Positions 12,731 to 26,432 of a stretch of 64,000 nt of DNA are shown piece after piece. Positions within the stretch are counted from its first letter, which is position 1, and every line of letters starts with the position of its first letter. This stretch comes from Ruditapes philippinarum (taxonomy: Eukaryota): contig NW_026859211.1 of the NCBI RefSeq assembly GCF_026571515.1, positions 124,001-188,000 on the forward strand, given 5' to 3'. Under the pieces are notes generated by a model. That model had not been told where the DNA came from. It worked only from the letters and a program-made list of their open reading frames with translations, and made no database searches. The position numbers and the translations under genes are program-made.

Positions 12731-13528
12731 ATAAATACGTTTGAAGTAAAAAGATTGAATATATATTAAAGGCCACGTGAATGAGACATTTAAACAACAG
12801 AAGACTTAAAAAAGGTTACCCAAAGTTAAGGCATAATAAAGCATAAGTTTCACAATCTGTATAACATGATATAGAGAAGTTATATTTTGTTATCACCAAA
12901 ATCTGAGCGTTCATATCGGGAATTTGGCCTTTTGCTTCTATTATTTTATTCAAAATAAGAAATAGCTAAACTAGAAATTTAACCAATGACAATATTTTGA
13001 AGTGCATGGAAATCCAAGACTCTGTTGAATAGAGAATCTTAAAAAAACTCCTCAACCTTAAGATGTATTTAATGGTAGCCATAGGTAGTTCTGATTTATG
13101 ATATTCATTCATTTATTCATTCACTTTTAACATCTAAAACGGGAAAGCATACACTTCTACTTTAAAGCTTACAAGCGTCTACCTAATATTATCATTATCC
13201 ATCTCGTAGACCTGCTTGGGTTATTTTAAAGAAAGGGGCAAAATAAAGCTTAATAAAAGCTGCTTTAGACATTTTATTGAAAATATAAAGAAGTTTTCAA
13301 ATAAGGTGTCGCTTATAGGACAAAATGTTAAGCAAATACTACGATGATTCAAATTTTTTTGTTAAGAAAATGCTCGAATGTCCTGTCCTTTTTATTGTCC
13401 TGCTGGACTCTCGCGGATGGTCTTGTGTTGGGGGATGCGCTCATTGAATGCCGTCCTTCTTTGTTGATCTTGTTTTTCATATTGGAATATCGAATCAAAG
13501 AAGCTGAAATATTGTAAACTGCAAGTAC

Positions 13529-13610
13529 CTTAATTTCTTCTCCCTTTCTCATATCACAATGGAAGTATATGATTTCCTCAGGGCCATCTGAATTCATATT
13601 TTTCCAACTT
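13529..13610 (-). pseudogene. HSD17B14: Second SDR (HSD17B14-like) exon relic
   Basis: KLEK(frameshift)MNSDGPEEIIYFHCDMRKGEEIK followed by donor |GTACTT. Resembles the SDR 'CD(V/M)xxEEdvK' segment. Confidence 0.6.
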
Positions 13611-13859
13611 AATCTTTAATATACTAAACATTAATGTTAATCAACATGTGTTGATGATACAGGGATGCACGGGCCAAACTAAGTTATAAGTATGCTACAT
13701 ACTAAAGATTTGGAGAGAAAGTTTGCGTCATGCACGCCGATAACTGTGGTTGTGAGTATTTTACCGTATATGTGTTTTCAGTTAAATATTAGTATAGCAT
13801 TGACCATTCCGATGCGACACTTTACAATGCATCGTTTTAGTTCAAATTGTGAATATATT

Positions 13860-15496
13860 TTTATTACAGCGCAGAATAAAACTCGCTTTATGTTAGCGTA
13901 TCTGGCATGGCGGATTCATATGGGGATCCATGATTAGATAACACTCCTGAAATGAATTCGTGGTCACACAAATTAATTTATGTTTTTATTCATATTATAT
14001 TTTATTCTCGTATAATGCAGATTCATATATTTTAGTTTATGACAATCCGCTAAATTAATTTGTGGATTTTTGGTCTGCACAAAACGAGCATTTGCTACTT
14101 TTGTACGTGTTCAAACACGTACGTGCGTGCATACCAGCGGGCGTTTTTTATACATGTCATAGAACATCGTACAAGAAGAGAATCTGGCCATAGGATTAAA
14201 ACTAAAACACTGGCGAATAAAGCGATTATTCTAGAACAAATCTACTTGCAATTATTATGTTCCTATAGAAATATAGAAATCATTAAACGTGAACTATAAA
14301 TAAGCAGTTTTCGATATAGTTTTTATTCGATTTCAGGTGTCTTGTGGATGGAGAATTTGGGCATATCAAGAAGCTGTATAGACGCAAGGATTGCGACAGT
14401 ATTTCGCAGGTGGCATCTGTCGTAAGAAAGTCTGCTTCAAGCAATTCCCTCGTGCTCTTCCGCGAGTACCATGGATATCAGAATTGGCTGGATATTCTAT
14501 ACAAATATTTTAATTTCTTAAATTTACACCCTATTTTGTACAATAAAAAACTAAAAAATTAAACACAGAGCTAAATTCTGCTTCGGCAGAAACGTTGTCA
14601 TATTACTGGTTAGTGTATTAAATATTGCTTGTTATGGTTAAATATCAAGTAATTTACGATTGACTTATTATTAACAATGTCAAAATATATTACAGGTATG
14701 ACTGGAAGACATTTCTGCCGTGTTTCCTTTTACCATTACGGGGTTAAAGCGGTATCACTCTTTCCGTATAACGAAGGATGGTACGATGCTCGTATATACG
14801 CGAGAGAGCGCTCAACTGACGTAGAGCAGCGGGTCACATTTCTGAAGAGGAATACTACAGTACCAGACGACATTCTACCTGCAGATTTGCTACCTAGTGG
14901 ACTATCTGTTAAAAATGTACGACCTTTTGTACGTCAGGCGTACCGTGATGTGGCGTGCCCACAACTACGGGAAGAATGACATTCATTTTACGATTCATAT
15001 GTACAAATGTATCTATCTTTGACTGTATCAATAAACTAGATATTTGTTTGATATAAGAATGATCTAATTATTTATTATTTCGTTAATTATAAATTAAACA
15101 ATATACTGGGTACATTATTGCCGATCATTTTTTTGTGATTTCTTCCCCGTTAACTTTTTATATTCATGATTTTTAAGTTTGCAACTTCATAGGACAGAAA
15201 CGTAAATTCACTTGAGCTTAGTGTCTTTATTTGTTCTTACAAAATCCATTCTTAAAACAATAGCAGTTCAGATATAAACCACGACGTTCTTTAAAGCGTT
15301 TAACGTTGATAGAAACGTCGTCGACGTCAGAACAACACTTTGGTACATGTACATAAAAAGATATATCTTGGACATTTTTCAAAATCATTTAGTCAATAAA
15401 AAGTAAAATCATCTGCAATAATTGATTTATATATAAATTATGATACAAAAAAATGATGAAAATTGTCCGAAGGGTCATTTTTTCATGGCGTCGCTC
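13860..15496 (+). mobile_element. Right part of a Sola-like DDE transposon with a decayed, apparently intron-containing transposase
   Basis: QNKTRFMLAYLAWRIHMGIHD*..GHT, LVDGEFGHIKKLYRR..VASVVRKS, YDWKTFL, RPFVRQAYRDVACP. Terminus catggcgtcgCTC followed by AATT. Confidence 0.65.
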
Positions 15497-15594
15497 AATT
15501 GGATATAAGTGTAGACATACTGTACCATTGAGATAAACAAGCCCTCTAAACATAATTATTAAGAAAATCAAAATGAATAAAAAACCAACTTTGA

Positions 15595-16270
15595 ACGACA
15601 CAATTAGCTATGTATTGAACCTGACATCACAATAAGCTATGTTGATAAACCAGACGACAAATAAGCTATGTTGAAAAACTTGACAACACAAATTGCTATC
15701 CTGATTAGCATAACAAAATAATTAGCTTTGTCGATAATCCTTTTATCACAATTAGCTATGCTATAAACAAAAAACGATTACATTTAGATATATGTTGATA
15801 AACTTAGCATCACAATAAGCTGTGTTTATAAATTGGCATCTCAAGTAGTTCTGTTGATAAACCTCACAACAAAATTAGCTTTCTTAATATGTATGACAAA
15901 ACAATATATGAAAATAACCTGACATCAGAATTAGCTATATAAATATGACAACAAAATTAGGAATGATTATAAATATGATAACACAAATAGCTATGTTGAT
16001 AAACATTACGACACAATTAGCTGTGTTCATATACCTGACATCATAATAAGCCCTGTTGACAAACTTGACAAACAATTAGCCATGTTATAAATAGGACGAC
16101 AAAATTAGCTATTTTGATAAACATGACAACATAATTAGCTATATTGATAAACCTGACATAAAATATTCGGTATGTTGATTATATGAAATCACAATAAACA
16201 TAACGTCCAATTACCTATCTAATAAACCGGACGAGCTATAAGCGATTATTATAAAACAACATGATAACAA
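15595..16270. repeat. ~29-bp minisatellite, about 20 or more degenerate units
   Basis: Consensus near caattagctatgttgataaacctgacaca, recurring at 15601, 15630, 15659 and onward. Confidence 0.9.
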
Positions 16271-16486
16271 AAATAGATTTGTTTACAAAAAATACACTTT
16301 TAGAATATCTTCATTTGTAAACGTTTCAATTCTTATTTTCAAAATTAAGAAAACATTGTTTGTTTAGACATGCGCTTGAAAGTATAAATGACTTAATTTT
16401 TGTATACAATTTTGCATTGTTGTGAAAAATAATTTTCTATTTCACGGGCAATAAACGCAAGGTATCTTAAATGATAGGAATACAAA

Positions 16487-16557
16487 TTGCTTCCCTTGTG
16501 TACTCGTTTTTAAACTTCCGCGTTCCAAAGTTCATATTTAGACAAACGAATAGAAAG
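16487..16557 (+). other. Putative promoter/leader exon of copy 2
   Basis: aaacttccgcgttccaaagttc...GAAAG|GTGAGA (GT at 16558). Acceptor TTTAG| at 17025. Confidence 0.5.
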
Positions 16558-17029
16558 GTGAGATCTTTAATAGATTTTTGTATTTATATTACAAAATATA
16601 TGTTTGGTTAATCAGAAAAGTTTGCTACTTTATTGAGAAACATTAGTTATTGTAACACTTAAGGTTTATAGGATAAGTTTGATAAAATAATACCTTTCAC
16701 ATGAAAATTTATGTAAAGTTTCTATGCGACAACGCCTATTGAGTATACGACATGTTTGGGCTCATTCTTTTGAAACAAAATATTGATTACTCTTTCATCA
16801 ACTAAAGTAAATTGATGTATTTAATTTGATGAATTAAGTATTTGTGCTTTTACATTAAGTTAAGGGTATTCAAACCGGGTTTCAATATCGCAATTTTGTT
16901 CCATATATTAAACACATATGTTCAATGCTGGATGTACATTTACACTGTAGCTTTATCTTGGCATTTTTTAAATATTAGTATGTTTTTGTAAGAAGGATTG
17001 ACAGTTATGAATTCTTGTCGTTTAGGAAA

Positions 17030-18772
17030 ATGGAAGTGCCAGGAAATATAGCTTTGCCATCAAAGACAAACCAAAACTTATATTGTATCCCATGTGAAAG
17101 AGATGGGTTAAAGGAGCCAGCCCATGGATTTTGTCAAGACTGCCAGGAACATTTGTGTAAAGTTTGTTTTCAACATCATAGAAGGTCAAGACCATCTATG
17201 AACCATGTGCTGTTTGATAGAGACGCTATGCCAACACAACAAACGACCATTGACGTAAATGAAGACGTCATTACTGACAACTGTACCAAACATAGGGATA
17301 AATCACTGGAGTTCTATTGTAACAGTCACGAAACTGTAGCATGCTATGTCTGTGTTACGCTTGAACATAAACAATGTAAAGTTGACTATATTCCTGATGT
17401 TTCAGGTAACGTATCTGGTGATTTAATAGATTTGAACAAAAAGATGGAAGTGCTAGCCATGAAATGTGAAAATAATATAATGAATGCTTCAGCTGCTACA
17501 AAACAACTAGAACAAAGTCACGGAAAAGTTGTTGAAGACATACGACTCTTGAGAAAGGAAATAAACGATCGTTTCGATCAGATGGAATCGATTATGCTAA
17601 AAGAAGCTGAAGCTGTTGTTAATACAGCAAACCAGAAACTCGATAATATCAAGGTTGCTTGCGAAAAAATAGCCGAGGAAGTGAAACGTTCACAGTCATT
17701 TCTAAATGGCCTGAAGGAAGTTAACAAGCATAATACGCTTTTCATTGAATTGAAAAATGTCAGACCTCGTTTAATGACACTGGAAAGTGAAGAAAAACAA
17801 ATTGTCAAGGATAATATGACATATGACGACATTCTATTTGACGGGAACCAAAAGCTATTTGATCAACTGGAATGTGAGAAAAACTTTGGAATAATTTCAA
17901 CATACAGAAAACCATCTCCAGATACTGAAATATGTGTGAATTATGAAAGATCGCTCAACGTGAAATTTTCTTCTGATAAAGTACAAAGTGATGTCTTTGG
18001 GATGGTAATGGTTTCTGCAACACAAATGATCATTGCTGATAATGCCAATAAGACAATAAAAACTATAGATGTAGACACAGGAAAGTTGGTTTCAGAGAAA
18101 ACCCTGTCTTCAGGACCACGCGATATTATAAAACTTCCACAAAATAAACTTGCTGTTGCATTACGTGATGAAAAGTGTATCCAGATCATTTCTTATACTG
18201 ATACAAGTTTGTCTTTAGGTCGTCGTATAGATGTCGGAGATAAGTGTAATTGTGTAGCTTATTGTCAGGACAAGCTAGTAGTAGGCTGTAATTGCAATCC
18301 AGGAAAGCTGGTTATTCTGGGTTTAGACGGAAATATCGCACATGTGTTTAATACTCCTGGTTTATTTGATGGTCCTGGACAGATTTCTATCAGTAGTGAT
18401 GGGAAGTTTGTGTATTTATCTGATTACTACTACTGGAAAGGTCATGGCAAGTGCCTGAAGATAGACTGGCAAGGTAATGTTGTACAAAGATTTGAGGATC
18501 AAGGATATGTATGTCCAAAAGGAATTCAAGAGTTGGATGATGGTACGTTGTTAGTTTGCTTCTACTCCAGTCACAAAATAGTCAGATTGTCTGGCAGCTT
18601 CAAGAAACGTGAGATCACAGGATTAGAGAATATAAACATTTATTATCCAAAAACCGTAACATATCTTGAAAGAAATCGCAAATTATATGTAAGTTGTTCT
18701 TCTCAGCAGGAGCGTGGTTCAAATGATACAATAAAAGTATTTAATGTGAGATCGATTGATGGTACGTTTTGA
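17030..18772 (+). CDS. RING-less TRIM-like B-box/coiled-coil/NHL-propeller protein, copy 2, 580 aa
   Basis: Intact ORF collinear with copy 1. All zinc ligands present. ATG just after a splice acceptor. Confidence 0.93.
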   Translation: MEVPGNIALPSKTNQNLYCIPCERDGLKEPAHGFCQDCQEHLCKVCFQHHRRSRPSMNHVLFDRDAMPTQQTTIDVNEDVITDNCTKHRDKSLEFYCNSHETVACYVCVTLEHKQCKVDYIPDVSGNVSGDLIDLNKKMEVLAMKCENNIMNASAATKQLEQSHGKVVEDIRLLRKEINDRFDQMESIMLKEAEAVVNTANQKLDNIKVACEKIAEEVKRSQSFLNGLKEVNKHNTLFIELKNVRPRLMTLESEEKQIVKDNMTYDDILFDGNQKLFDQLECEKNFGIISTYRKPSPDTEICVNYERSLNVKFSSDKVQSDVFGMVMVSATQMIIADNANKTIKTIDVDTGKLVSEKTLSSGPRDIIKLPQNKLAVALRDEKCIQIISYTDTSLSLGRRIDVGDKCNCVAYCQDKLVVGCNCNPGKLVILGLDGNIAHVFNTPGLFDGPGQISISSDGKFVYLSDYYYWKGHGKCLKIDWQGNVVQRFEDQGYVCPKGIQELDDGTLLVCFYSSHKIVRLSGSFKKREITGLENINIYYPKTVTYLERNRKLYVSCSSQQERGSNDTIKVFNVRSIDGTF

Positions 18773-20374
18773 ATGTGAAAATATGCTGCAACGTAAAATG
18801 TTAAATGTAATAGACACATTATATTGCAGTGGACATACTAAATTCAAACACAACTGTTGTTATGGATATTCAGATTAATATTTCATTGTACAGAAAAAGT
18901 ATACTAAAAATAGAAAGCTTATTTACTTGTCCGATGAATATCTCCGTGTTGAATTTAATTTAATTTAATGTGTCTGCTCTGAAGATGTGTTAGCCCTTTA
19001 TTTTATTTGTTTTGTTTTTTTCATTTTTCAAAAAGCAATTGAAGAAGAAATGGCAATTGGCCAATGAGAAACCTTTTGGATACCATTAAACACCAAAATT
19101 AAAAAGGTTTTTGAGAAATTAAAGCAAAAGCATTTCTGAGGCATAATGGGCCTTTAAATATATAATGAACAAATCTTGTGTACATGACCAAAAGGAAAAA
19201 GAATATATCAATACATGTGGGCAGATAAGTGTTTGATTAAATGATTCACGTTGACTTTATCAGTGGTTTTGAAAAGAATTTTACTATTTACATGTCACAT
19301 TGCAACACTTGATAGTAGGAACAAAAGTAAATTTTTTTTAATACAATTAAAATGTTCGATGAGTGACAAGTGAGTTTGTGGATCAAGGTCGTATTTCAGC
19401 ATAACAAATCATTGACAATGTGTAGGTGTCCCTTATGTCCAACTACAAAATATCCCTGACAGTACTAGGCTTATTTTGAGTTTATCCCGAGCATCAACTT
19501 CATGTATTTAATGAAAGAAGAATTGCAAAGTCTAACGTGTACAGTGTTTTAAATAATTCAAGTTATTAACTATTAGAAAAAACAAACCATATCAGGTGTC
19601 TCTATTGTAATAAAGTTTGGTTTTATTTCCTGTTTAGCAAGTTTTTCTTTGTTATGTTTCTTTTGTTTCATCATTACTTAACATGAGATATAATCCAGGA
19701 AATATCTTTTAAATTATCTATACGACTTTAATACATACAACAGCCTTAATGTTTTAGTGTTACGAAAAGTTATCGAATTCATAGCTTAATTGTAATATTG
19801 CACGATTAAGTCCCTTTAAATCTTTTTAATGCGTATTATGTCAATGTTGAAGACAATAATATTGTCTTTAACAGTTTTTCTTCCCAACTTCACTCTTTCA
19901 ATTTCCATTCGAAATTTTTAATTTATTTCATTACGAATTAAAAAACCTCAAGCTCATTTAAGCATTTTAGTATAAAAAGGCTCGACAACTCGTTATCTAA
20001 AGCCGTTGAAAATAAAAGAATTTGGTCATAATGTGTCTTTTATGGCTATACATTGTTCTCGTTGTTTAGTTGTCTATGTTTTAAATATGTATAGATGAGA
20101 CTACGTATAATAAAGAATATGTAATTGTTTGCAGAAGTATGCAATTTATTTCTATTTCTATACTTTATAGAAATACAGTAAAAACAAATTTCAGTAGTAA
20201 TATTTTGTAAATACATGTATTCTTTTTATTGTCAAGTAAACGAAGGGTTTGGTTTGTGACGATAAATAATGGCAATGATTCGCTGCAAAGATCTGTTTCT
20301 TAGAGCCCAAACTATTCTACACAATTTGAAATGAATATATTAAGATGATATGAATGTTACTAAGTTAGAATATA

Positions 20375-21300
20375 AAAGAGCAATATCTCCAAAATTAGGC
20401 AAGGCAGAGCTATAAGCACTGCACTTCTACCCAATGAGATATACCTACACATTTTTATGTTGATATTTTTTTTAGATTCATAGTTATGTCCCGGAGAAAG
20501 TTTAAAGTGTCAAAATGAACAAAGGATAATAACTAAAAAATAAGGCTAGGAAAAGTAATGTTTTGCACTGCACTACCCAATGAGATGTATCTATCTACAA
20601 AGTTTCATGTTGATCTCTCTACAGTTTTAGAGTTATGTCCTGGACAAAGTTCATAGTATAAACATGAACATAGGGCAATAATTCCAAAATTAAGCAAGGC
20701 AGCGTTACGGTTTTTATGCACTGCATATCTACTCAAACAGATCAATCTACCTTTAATGTTTCTTGTTCATTTCTATTATACTTTCAGAACTTTGTCCTGG
20801 ACAATGTTCAAAGTGTAAAAATGAACAAAAGGCAATTTCTCCAAAATTAGGCAAGACAGAGTTATGGTTCTTTCGCCCTAAACTTCTTCCTCCCAATGAG
20901 ATCTATCTACCTACAAAGTTTTATGTTGATATCTCTGATAGTTTCAGACTTATGTCCCAGACAAAGTTTAAAGTGTAAAAACGAACAAAGGACAATAACT
21001 CCAAAATTAGGCAAGGAGTTATGGTTGTTTTTCACTGCACTTTTACCCAATGAGATCTATCTTCATACAAAATTTCATGTTGATATCTCTTAAAGTTCCA
21101 GATTTATGTCCCGAACAAAGTTCAAAGCAATTAAATGAACAAGGGCAATAACTCCAAAAATAGGCAAGACAGAGTTATGATTCTTTTGCACTGCACATCT
21201 ACCTATACCTCTTGTTGTTACAGTGTTATGTCCCGGACAAGAAAAGCGGACGGACGGACAAAACGGCGACTATATGCTCAACCATCAGGGGGGGGTGAAA
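20375..21300 (-). mobile_element. HINE-type element with about 6 tandem ~140-bp units
   Basis: Repeated unit gttatgtcccggacaaagttcaaagtg..aatgagatctatctacctacaaagttt. Ends cggacggacggaca..ctatatgctc..ggggg, like the element at 12169-12730. Confidence 0.7.
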
Positions 21301-21859
21301 AATAAAAATCAATCCGTTTGAACTAAAAACGTGACGACTTTTAAATTAAATATATATAAAAGGCAAAGTGAATAAGACATTTAACATTTAAATAACAGAA
21401 GACTTAAAAAAGTTACCCAAATTAAGCGTGATAAAGCATAACTATGTTTTAAAATTTACATTCTGTATAACATAATATAGGGAAATTATATTTTGTTATC
21501 ACCAGAATCTGAGCGTTCATGTCGGGAATTTGACCTTTTCTTCTTTTATTTTATTCAAAATAAGAAATAACTAATGCTTGCAAGCGTGCACCTCATATAA
21601 CCCCTATCCATATTCTCGTAGACCTGCGTGGGTTTTTTAAAAGGAGGCGACATTATAAAGAATGTACGGCTTAATAAAATGTGCTTTAGACATTTTATTG
21701 AAAATATACAGACGTTTTCAAATAAGGTGTCGCTTATTGGACAAAATGTTAAGCAAATACTACGACGATTCAATAATTTTTGTCAGGAAAATGCTCGTGT
21801 GTCCTGTCCTTTTTGGTGTCCTGCTTGGCTCCTTGCGGATGGCATTTTTGATCTTTCAT

Positions 21860-22670
21860 AATTCAAAATTGTACCAGTTCATGTTAAAAGTTGAATCCTT
21901 CTTAAGCTGGTGCAAGGGGCGTGGAGAGTAGTTTGCTATTGACAGTACCGTCCATGAACAGGCTAAATCAAACTACAACATTTTCAATTTTGCTGTGTTG
22001 GGCTTTCCTTAGGGATTCTCATTTTCTCTGTTTTATCGCCACATCAGCGTTGTTTGTGCCGTGAGGAGGCTGTAAAAAGTCGCCCCGTACATTCAATCAG
22101 AAATGTTATATTTCCAAGCCTTTAATATTGTTCAGCACGACATTATTGTTGTGCTTGTTGTAATTTAGTTATTTCTATTCGGCTTTTTTCTTGTTAGGTG
22201 GTTCCAGTATTCCTCACTTGAATACTGTTGATTCACCCTTAAGATATGTGGCCTGCTTTTTAAATTTGTCTTTTGACGTCTTATCTGTGATATGCAGGCT
22301 TCATTACCTCTGATCCCCTTTCAAAATTTCATTTTATTTAGTTCCACCCATTGTTTTCTCGTTAAGGGCACACGTATTTTTTTTACTTGGGGACCATATG
22401 CCGCTTTTCATGGAATGGCACTTACGTGTCACATTGAAGGTTCCATGAAAACCGCCATATGAACACATCTGCGGATGTTTCAAAAAAATAAAAATTGCAC
22501 CAGTTCATGTTTAATGTTGAATTCTGCTTAAGCCGGTGCTAGGGGTCGTGGACGGTAGTTTGCACTTAACAGTTCCGTCCATGAACAGGCTCTATCAAAC
22601 CGAGCCTGCAACATTTTCAATTTTGTCGTGTTGGGCTTTCTTTAAGGATTCTTTTTTTCTCTATTTTGTG
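21860..22670. repeat. Diverged copies of the ~636-bp repeat
   Basis: Collinear with 6318-7272 (ccgcttttcatggaatggcac, ccgtccatgaacaggct). Confidence 0.8.
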
Positions 22671-25519
22671 TAGTTTATTAATTTAGAACGTGTTTAAATA
22701 TGATTTTGTCATTATTCGACATTTTAGATATGATATGCGTATATAAAACTTTATGTTAACTTTAAATTCAATAACAACAGATATCATAAGATTCTTAAAC
22801 GTGTTTAATATTGATTTCTTTGTGAAATGAGGCGATTGAATTGTATTATGAAATATATCAATATATGACGAACAATTTTCCATTGGATATTGCAATTGGT
22901 TGCTGATGTCATTTGTATACAAATTTTGTAAACATGAACAAACCTCAGACTTTTCTGTCAGCTTGTTATTTGCGTGATCAGCTTTGCAAATGTAGCAAAT
23001 AAAGAACTTTAATGTTATCAATATCATAGTGTTGACTAAAGTGTCATAAAATAGATTGATTAAACCAATGAAAATAGCATGTGGTTGTAGCCGTAACCTT
23101 CCTTTCATACTATTTTAGCCACAGTCTCATTAAATATTTTCTTCTTTTTAAAAAATGGAAGACATTAAGCTGGAGACTGTTTTATCAACCGTACGTTAGT
23201 TTTTGTCGCAGACATGTCGCACACCAGTAAGAACCGTTTTATAAACCTTTATTCATAGTCTACGACCTTGTGAGAAATGTCGCAGCTCTGCGACAGGGGT
23301 CTTAGCTCTGCGACAGAGTTTGGGCTGTCGTACGATGTTTATGTGACGTCAAGTTTGTCAATCGCTGTTTACATGTATAAATGCTCAGCACATTATTAAA
23401 AAAACATTTCCAGAATTTTTTTTAGACAAATCATTATATTTTTACTAGATTTTATATAAATTTAGATATTTTTTTAGGAACACCCATATGATATAAAGTA
23501 AAAGACATCGGAAGGTTACCGTGGTCACGAGAAAAATAAAATAAAAAACAATCCAAAAAATATCAACCAAATTAGGCGACACTAAGTAGAAGTCATCGTG
23601 GATGAAAAGCAATATGCAGTATAGATATATCAATACGTAAGGCTGCACAAATTGCATGGTGTATATATTTTGCATTTCATTTTTTTTTAAATAATCTAGT
23701 ATCTGCACTGTAACTACGTTATTTACAAATCCGGGGTTTGGGGATTATTAAGTATACTAATACCACTTGAGATATATTTATATACATCTATGGAAAAAAT
23801 CGGCTTTCCGAAAAAAAAACCCAAAAACACTACGTTCTAAAGTGAAATATTTTACGTAAATTACAAGTTGGGACAGAATAAAGAACAACCTGTTACTTTT
23901 CAATAAAAAAGTAGTGCGTTCCTTACCATATAACTTTACAAAAATATGTCAAAACATCAATTTATCATTTCAAAACATTATAAATACTAAATCTATAAGA
24001 TTCATTATATTATATATATATATAAATTTCTTTCAAACAACGAGAAAGAACAGTTAACTAGAAATTGCTTGTTTTGAACTTATGTGCACTGTATACCTCG
24101 GAAATTACTATCAAAAATTATTATACATGTACCCAAATGTTCTCGAAAACAATAATTCCGAGTTTTTCTTAGTTTTACGTGTACTGTGCAGATTCTAACG
24201 TTAGAATCGGTTGAGTAAAAAAAAGGTAAAAAACAACTGAATTGGGCAAAAAATGCGCCACACGTTACATTCGGTGCCCTTTAAGTAATTTATATGTTCA
24301 AACAGACAAGTAAGTATTGGTTTTATAATGACAGCCTTCTTTTATTTTGCAGTACTTTAATAATTTTGGCGTTTCTTAAAAATGCAGCTATAATTGTTTC
24401 TATCGCGCAAGACAAGCTTTTCATAAAGCCCGCTTTTATTTGTTTAAAGCTTTTTAATTTTTTATATTAATTTATTTCCATTACTTATTGATCGATCATT
24501 AACCTGAACTATCGTTTGCTTCTGTTATTTTTTTGGCAATTTAGTTTGCTGATAATGATTTAGTAATTTGTATGAAAGTCAAATACTACTTTGTTTACAA
24601 TTTGCTACTTTGATAACAATTAAATTAATTTGACATTCATCACTACTTTCTTCAGGTGATAAGCACCTGACTTTCTCTAATTATATGAACGTTATAAAAC
24701 CAATGTTTGCTATTTTAACAGAAGAAGAGAATATTCCTTTATAAGGTAATTTGCCTTTACCGTTCAGTAAAAAACAGGTAAGGGGGAAGGATAGCATGAA
24801 AGAGATGGACCGAGTTCAAAAATGTAGCTGTTTTTCTCACAAAAAGTGTTCCTTGAATGACATTAAAAAGTATCTATACGTATCATAATAATTATGTAAA
24901 TTTCAGAATAGTCTTCCAACAGTCTACATAAAGTATTTTTTAAAATTTATTTTGCCATTTCATGTTTTTATGCTTTCTGCTGTCACTTCTGATAGCTGTG
25001 GCATCAAAGCGCACACTAACTAGATTGTGTCTCGCCGAAGAAACACGACGTCAGCGATATGTTTCATTAAACGGTCGTACGACGTTGTCAAGGACATACG
25101 TCACCGACAATAAAATGTCGTAGACTACACGTTGCAATTGTGTAAGCATACTACGACATTATAATTGTTGTCTTTTCAGAAAATCAAACTTAATACAAAC
25201 CATATCAAGGATTGAAGCAATGTATAAAAACAAGTATTCATAACCTATATTGAGCTGTTGGAATATTTGATTATATAAAGCATAATTGAATCCAGTTATC
25301 TTGCCATTTTTCCACTTAGTCTCTTTCCATACTTTGATATATTTAAGTCTGATTTGTTTTGCTGTTGCGAGGGTACACCATCATGTGTAAAGACTTGACA
25401 ATGATTTGTACTTTTTTATTTTATATCTCTTTCTATGTATTAATAAAAACAAAGCTTTAATACGTATGTGTGTCGCTTAGATTAAGGGAGTTTAACGTCA
25501 TTATGTACATGACAGACAC

Positions 25520-25585
25520 AGAGAGTTGTTTCCCTTGTATACCAGAATATTCAATCTTACGCGTTCCAAAGTTCTTGAAAGAAAG
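25520..25585 (+). other. Putative promoter/leader exon of copy 3
   Basis: gttgtttcccttg..cttacgcgttccaaagttc..GAAAG|GTAAGA (GT at 25586). Confidence 0.5.
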
Positions 25586-26432
25586 GTAAGACATTTTTTA
25601 TTTTGTTTCCTTCAAATTGTAAATAATATTTCTATGAACTTATGAACGTTTGCTAAACGTTATCATCATTATTCTCTATTTAGATTTAATAGTCCTACTT
25701 TCATGTAAATACAAATATAACAATACTAAAAAGTTAAATCATCTGAAATTTTGTTCTATTTTGGTACAAAAGAGTATTATTTATTCAAATAGAAATAGGA
25801 CACTATCTAAAGAATTCATCGAATTATACCTGTAAACCAAGTTACAATAAAAAGTCGCGTAGATCATATTGGTTTAACAATCAATCGATATGTTGAATAA
25901 GAAGCACATTAGATATAAGCGGTTGTTGCGCAAACAAAATTGTTTAAAATCGCTCGCCTTTTAATTCAGTAGACAATGGTTACCCGTGATTTTTCCTATA
26001 CTTTGATCATATCAAGTTCGTCATGAAAGAGACAAATAAATTGTAGAATGGATATAGTATATAGAAAGAGGGCAAATTCCGGCGGTATAAACTCTCAAAT
26101 TGGATATTCGAAAAAGTAATGATTTTGCTTTCATAAAACCCCATTGGATCACTCACATCTGGACTTAAATATTCGAGTTATAATTATTAGGATGTTTCTT
26201 AATTACGTAAACCCATGTGAAACATTGAACGATTAAACATATAAATAACAATGTGGCTGTAACTGTCATTTCAACTTTATACTATGTTAGTTAGGAAAAA
26301 CATATCAATTCTGAGTGCATTGTTGTAGAATAATGCACGGTTTGAGTTCAAATGCGTAGTAATATAATCAGGAAAGCCGATAGGCCTGAGTGATTAATTA
26401 CAAAGCATTTGAACGAAAAACGTTCATTATTA

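Noticed and set aside
15595-16270. CRISPR-like periodicity
   Set aside because: Head-to-tail degenerate units with no unique spacers, no cas genes, eukaryotic context.
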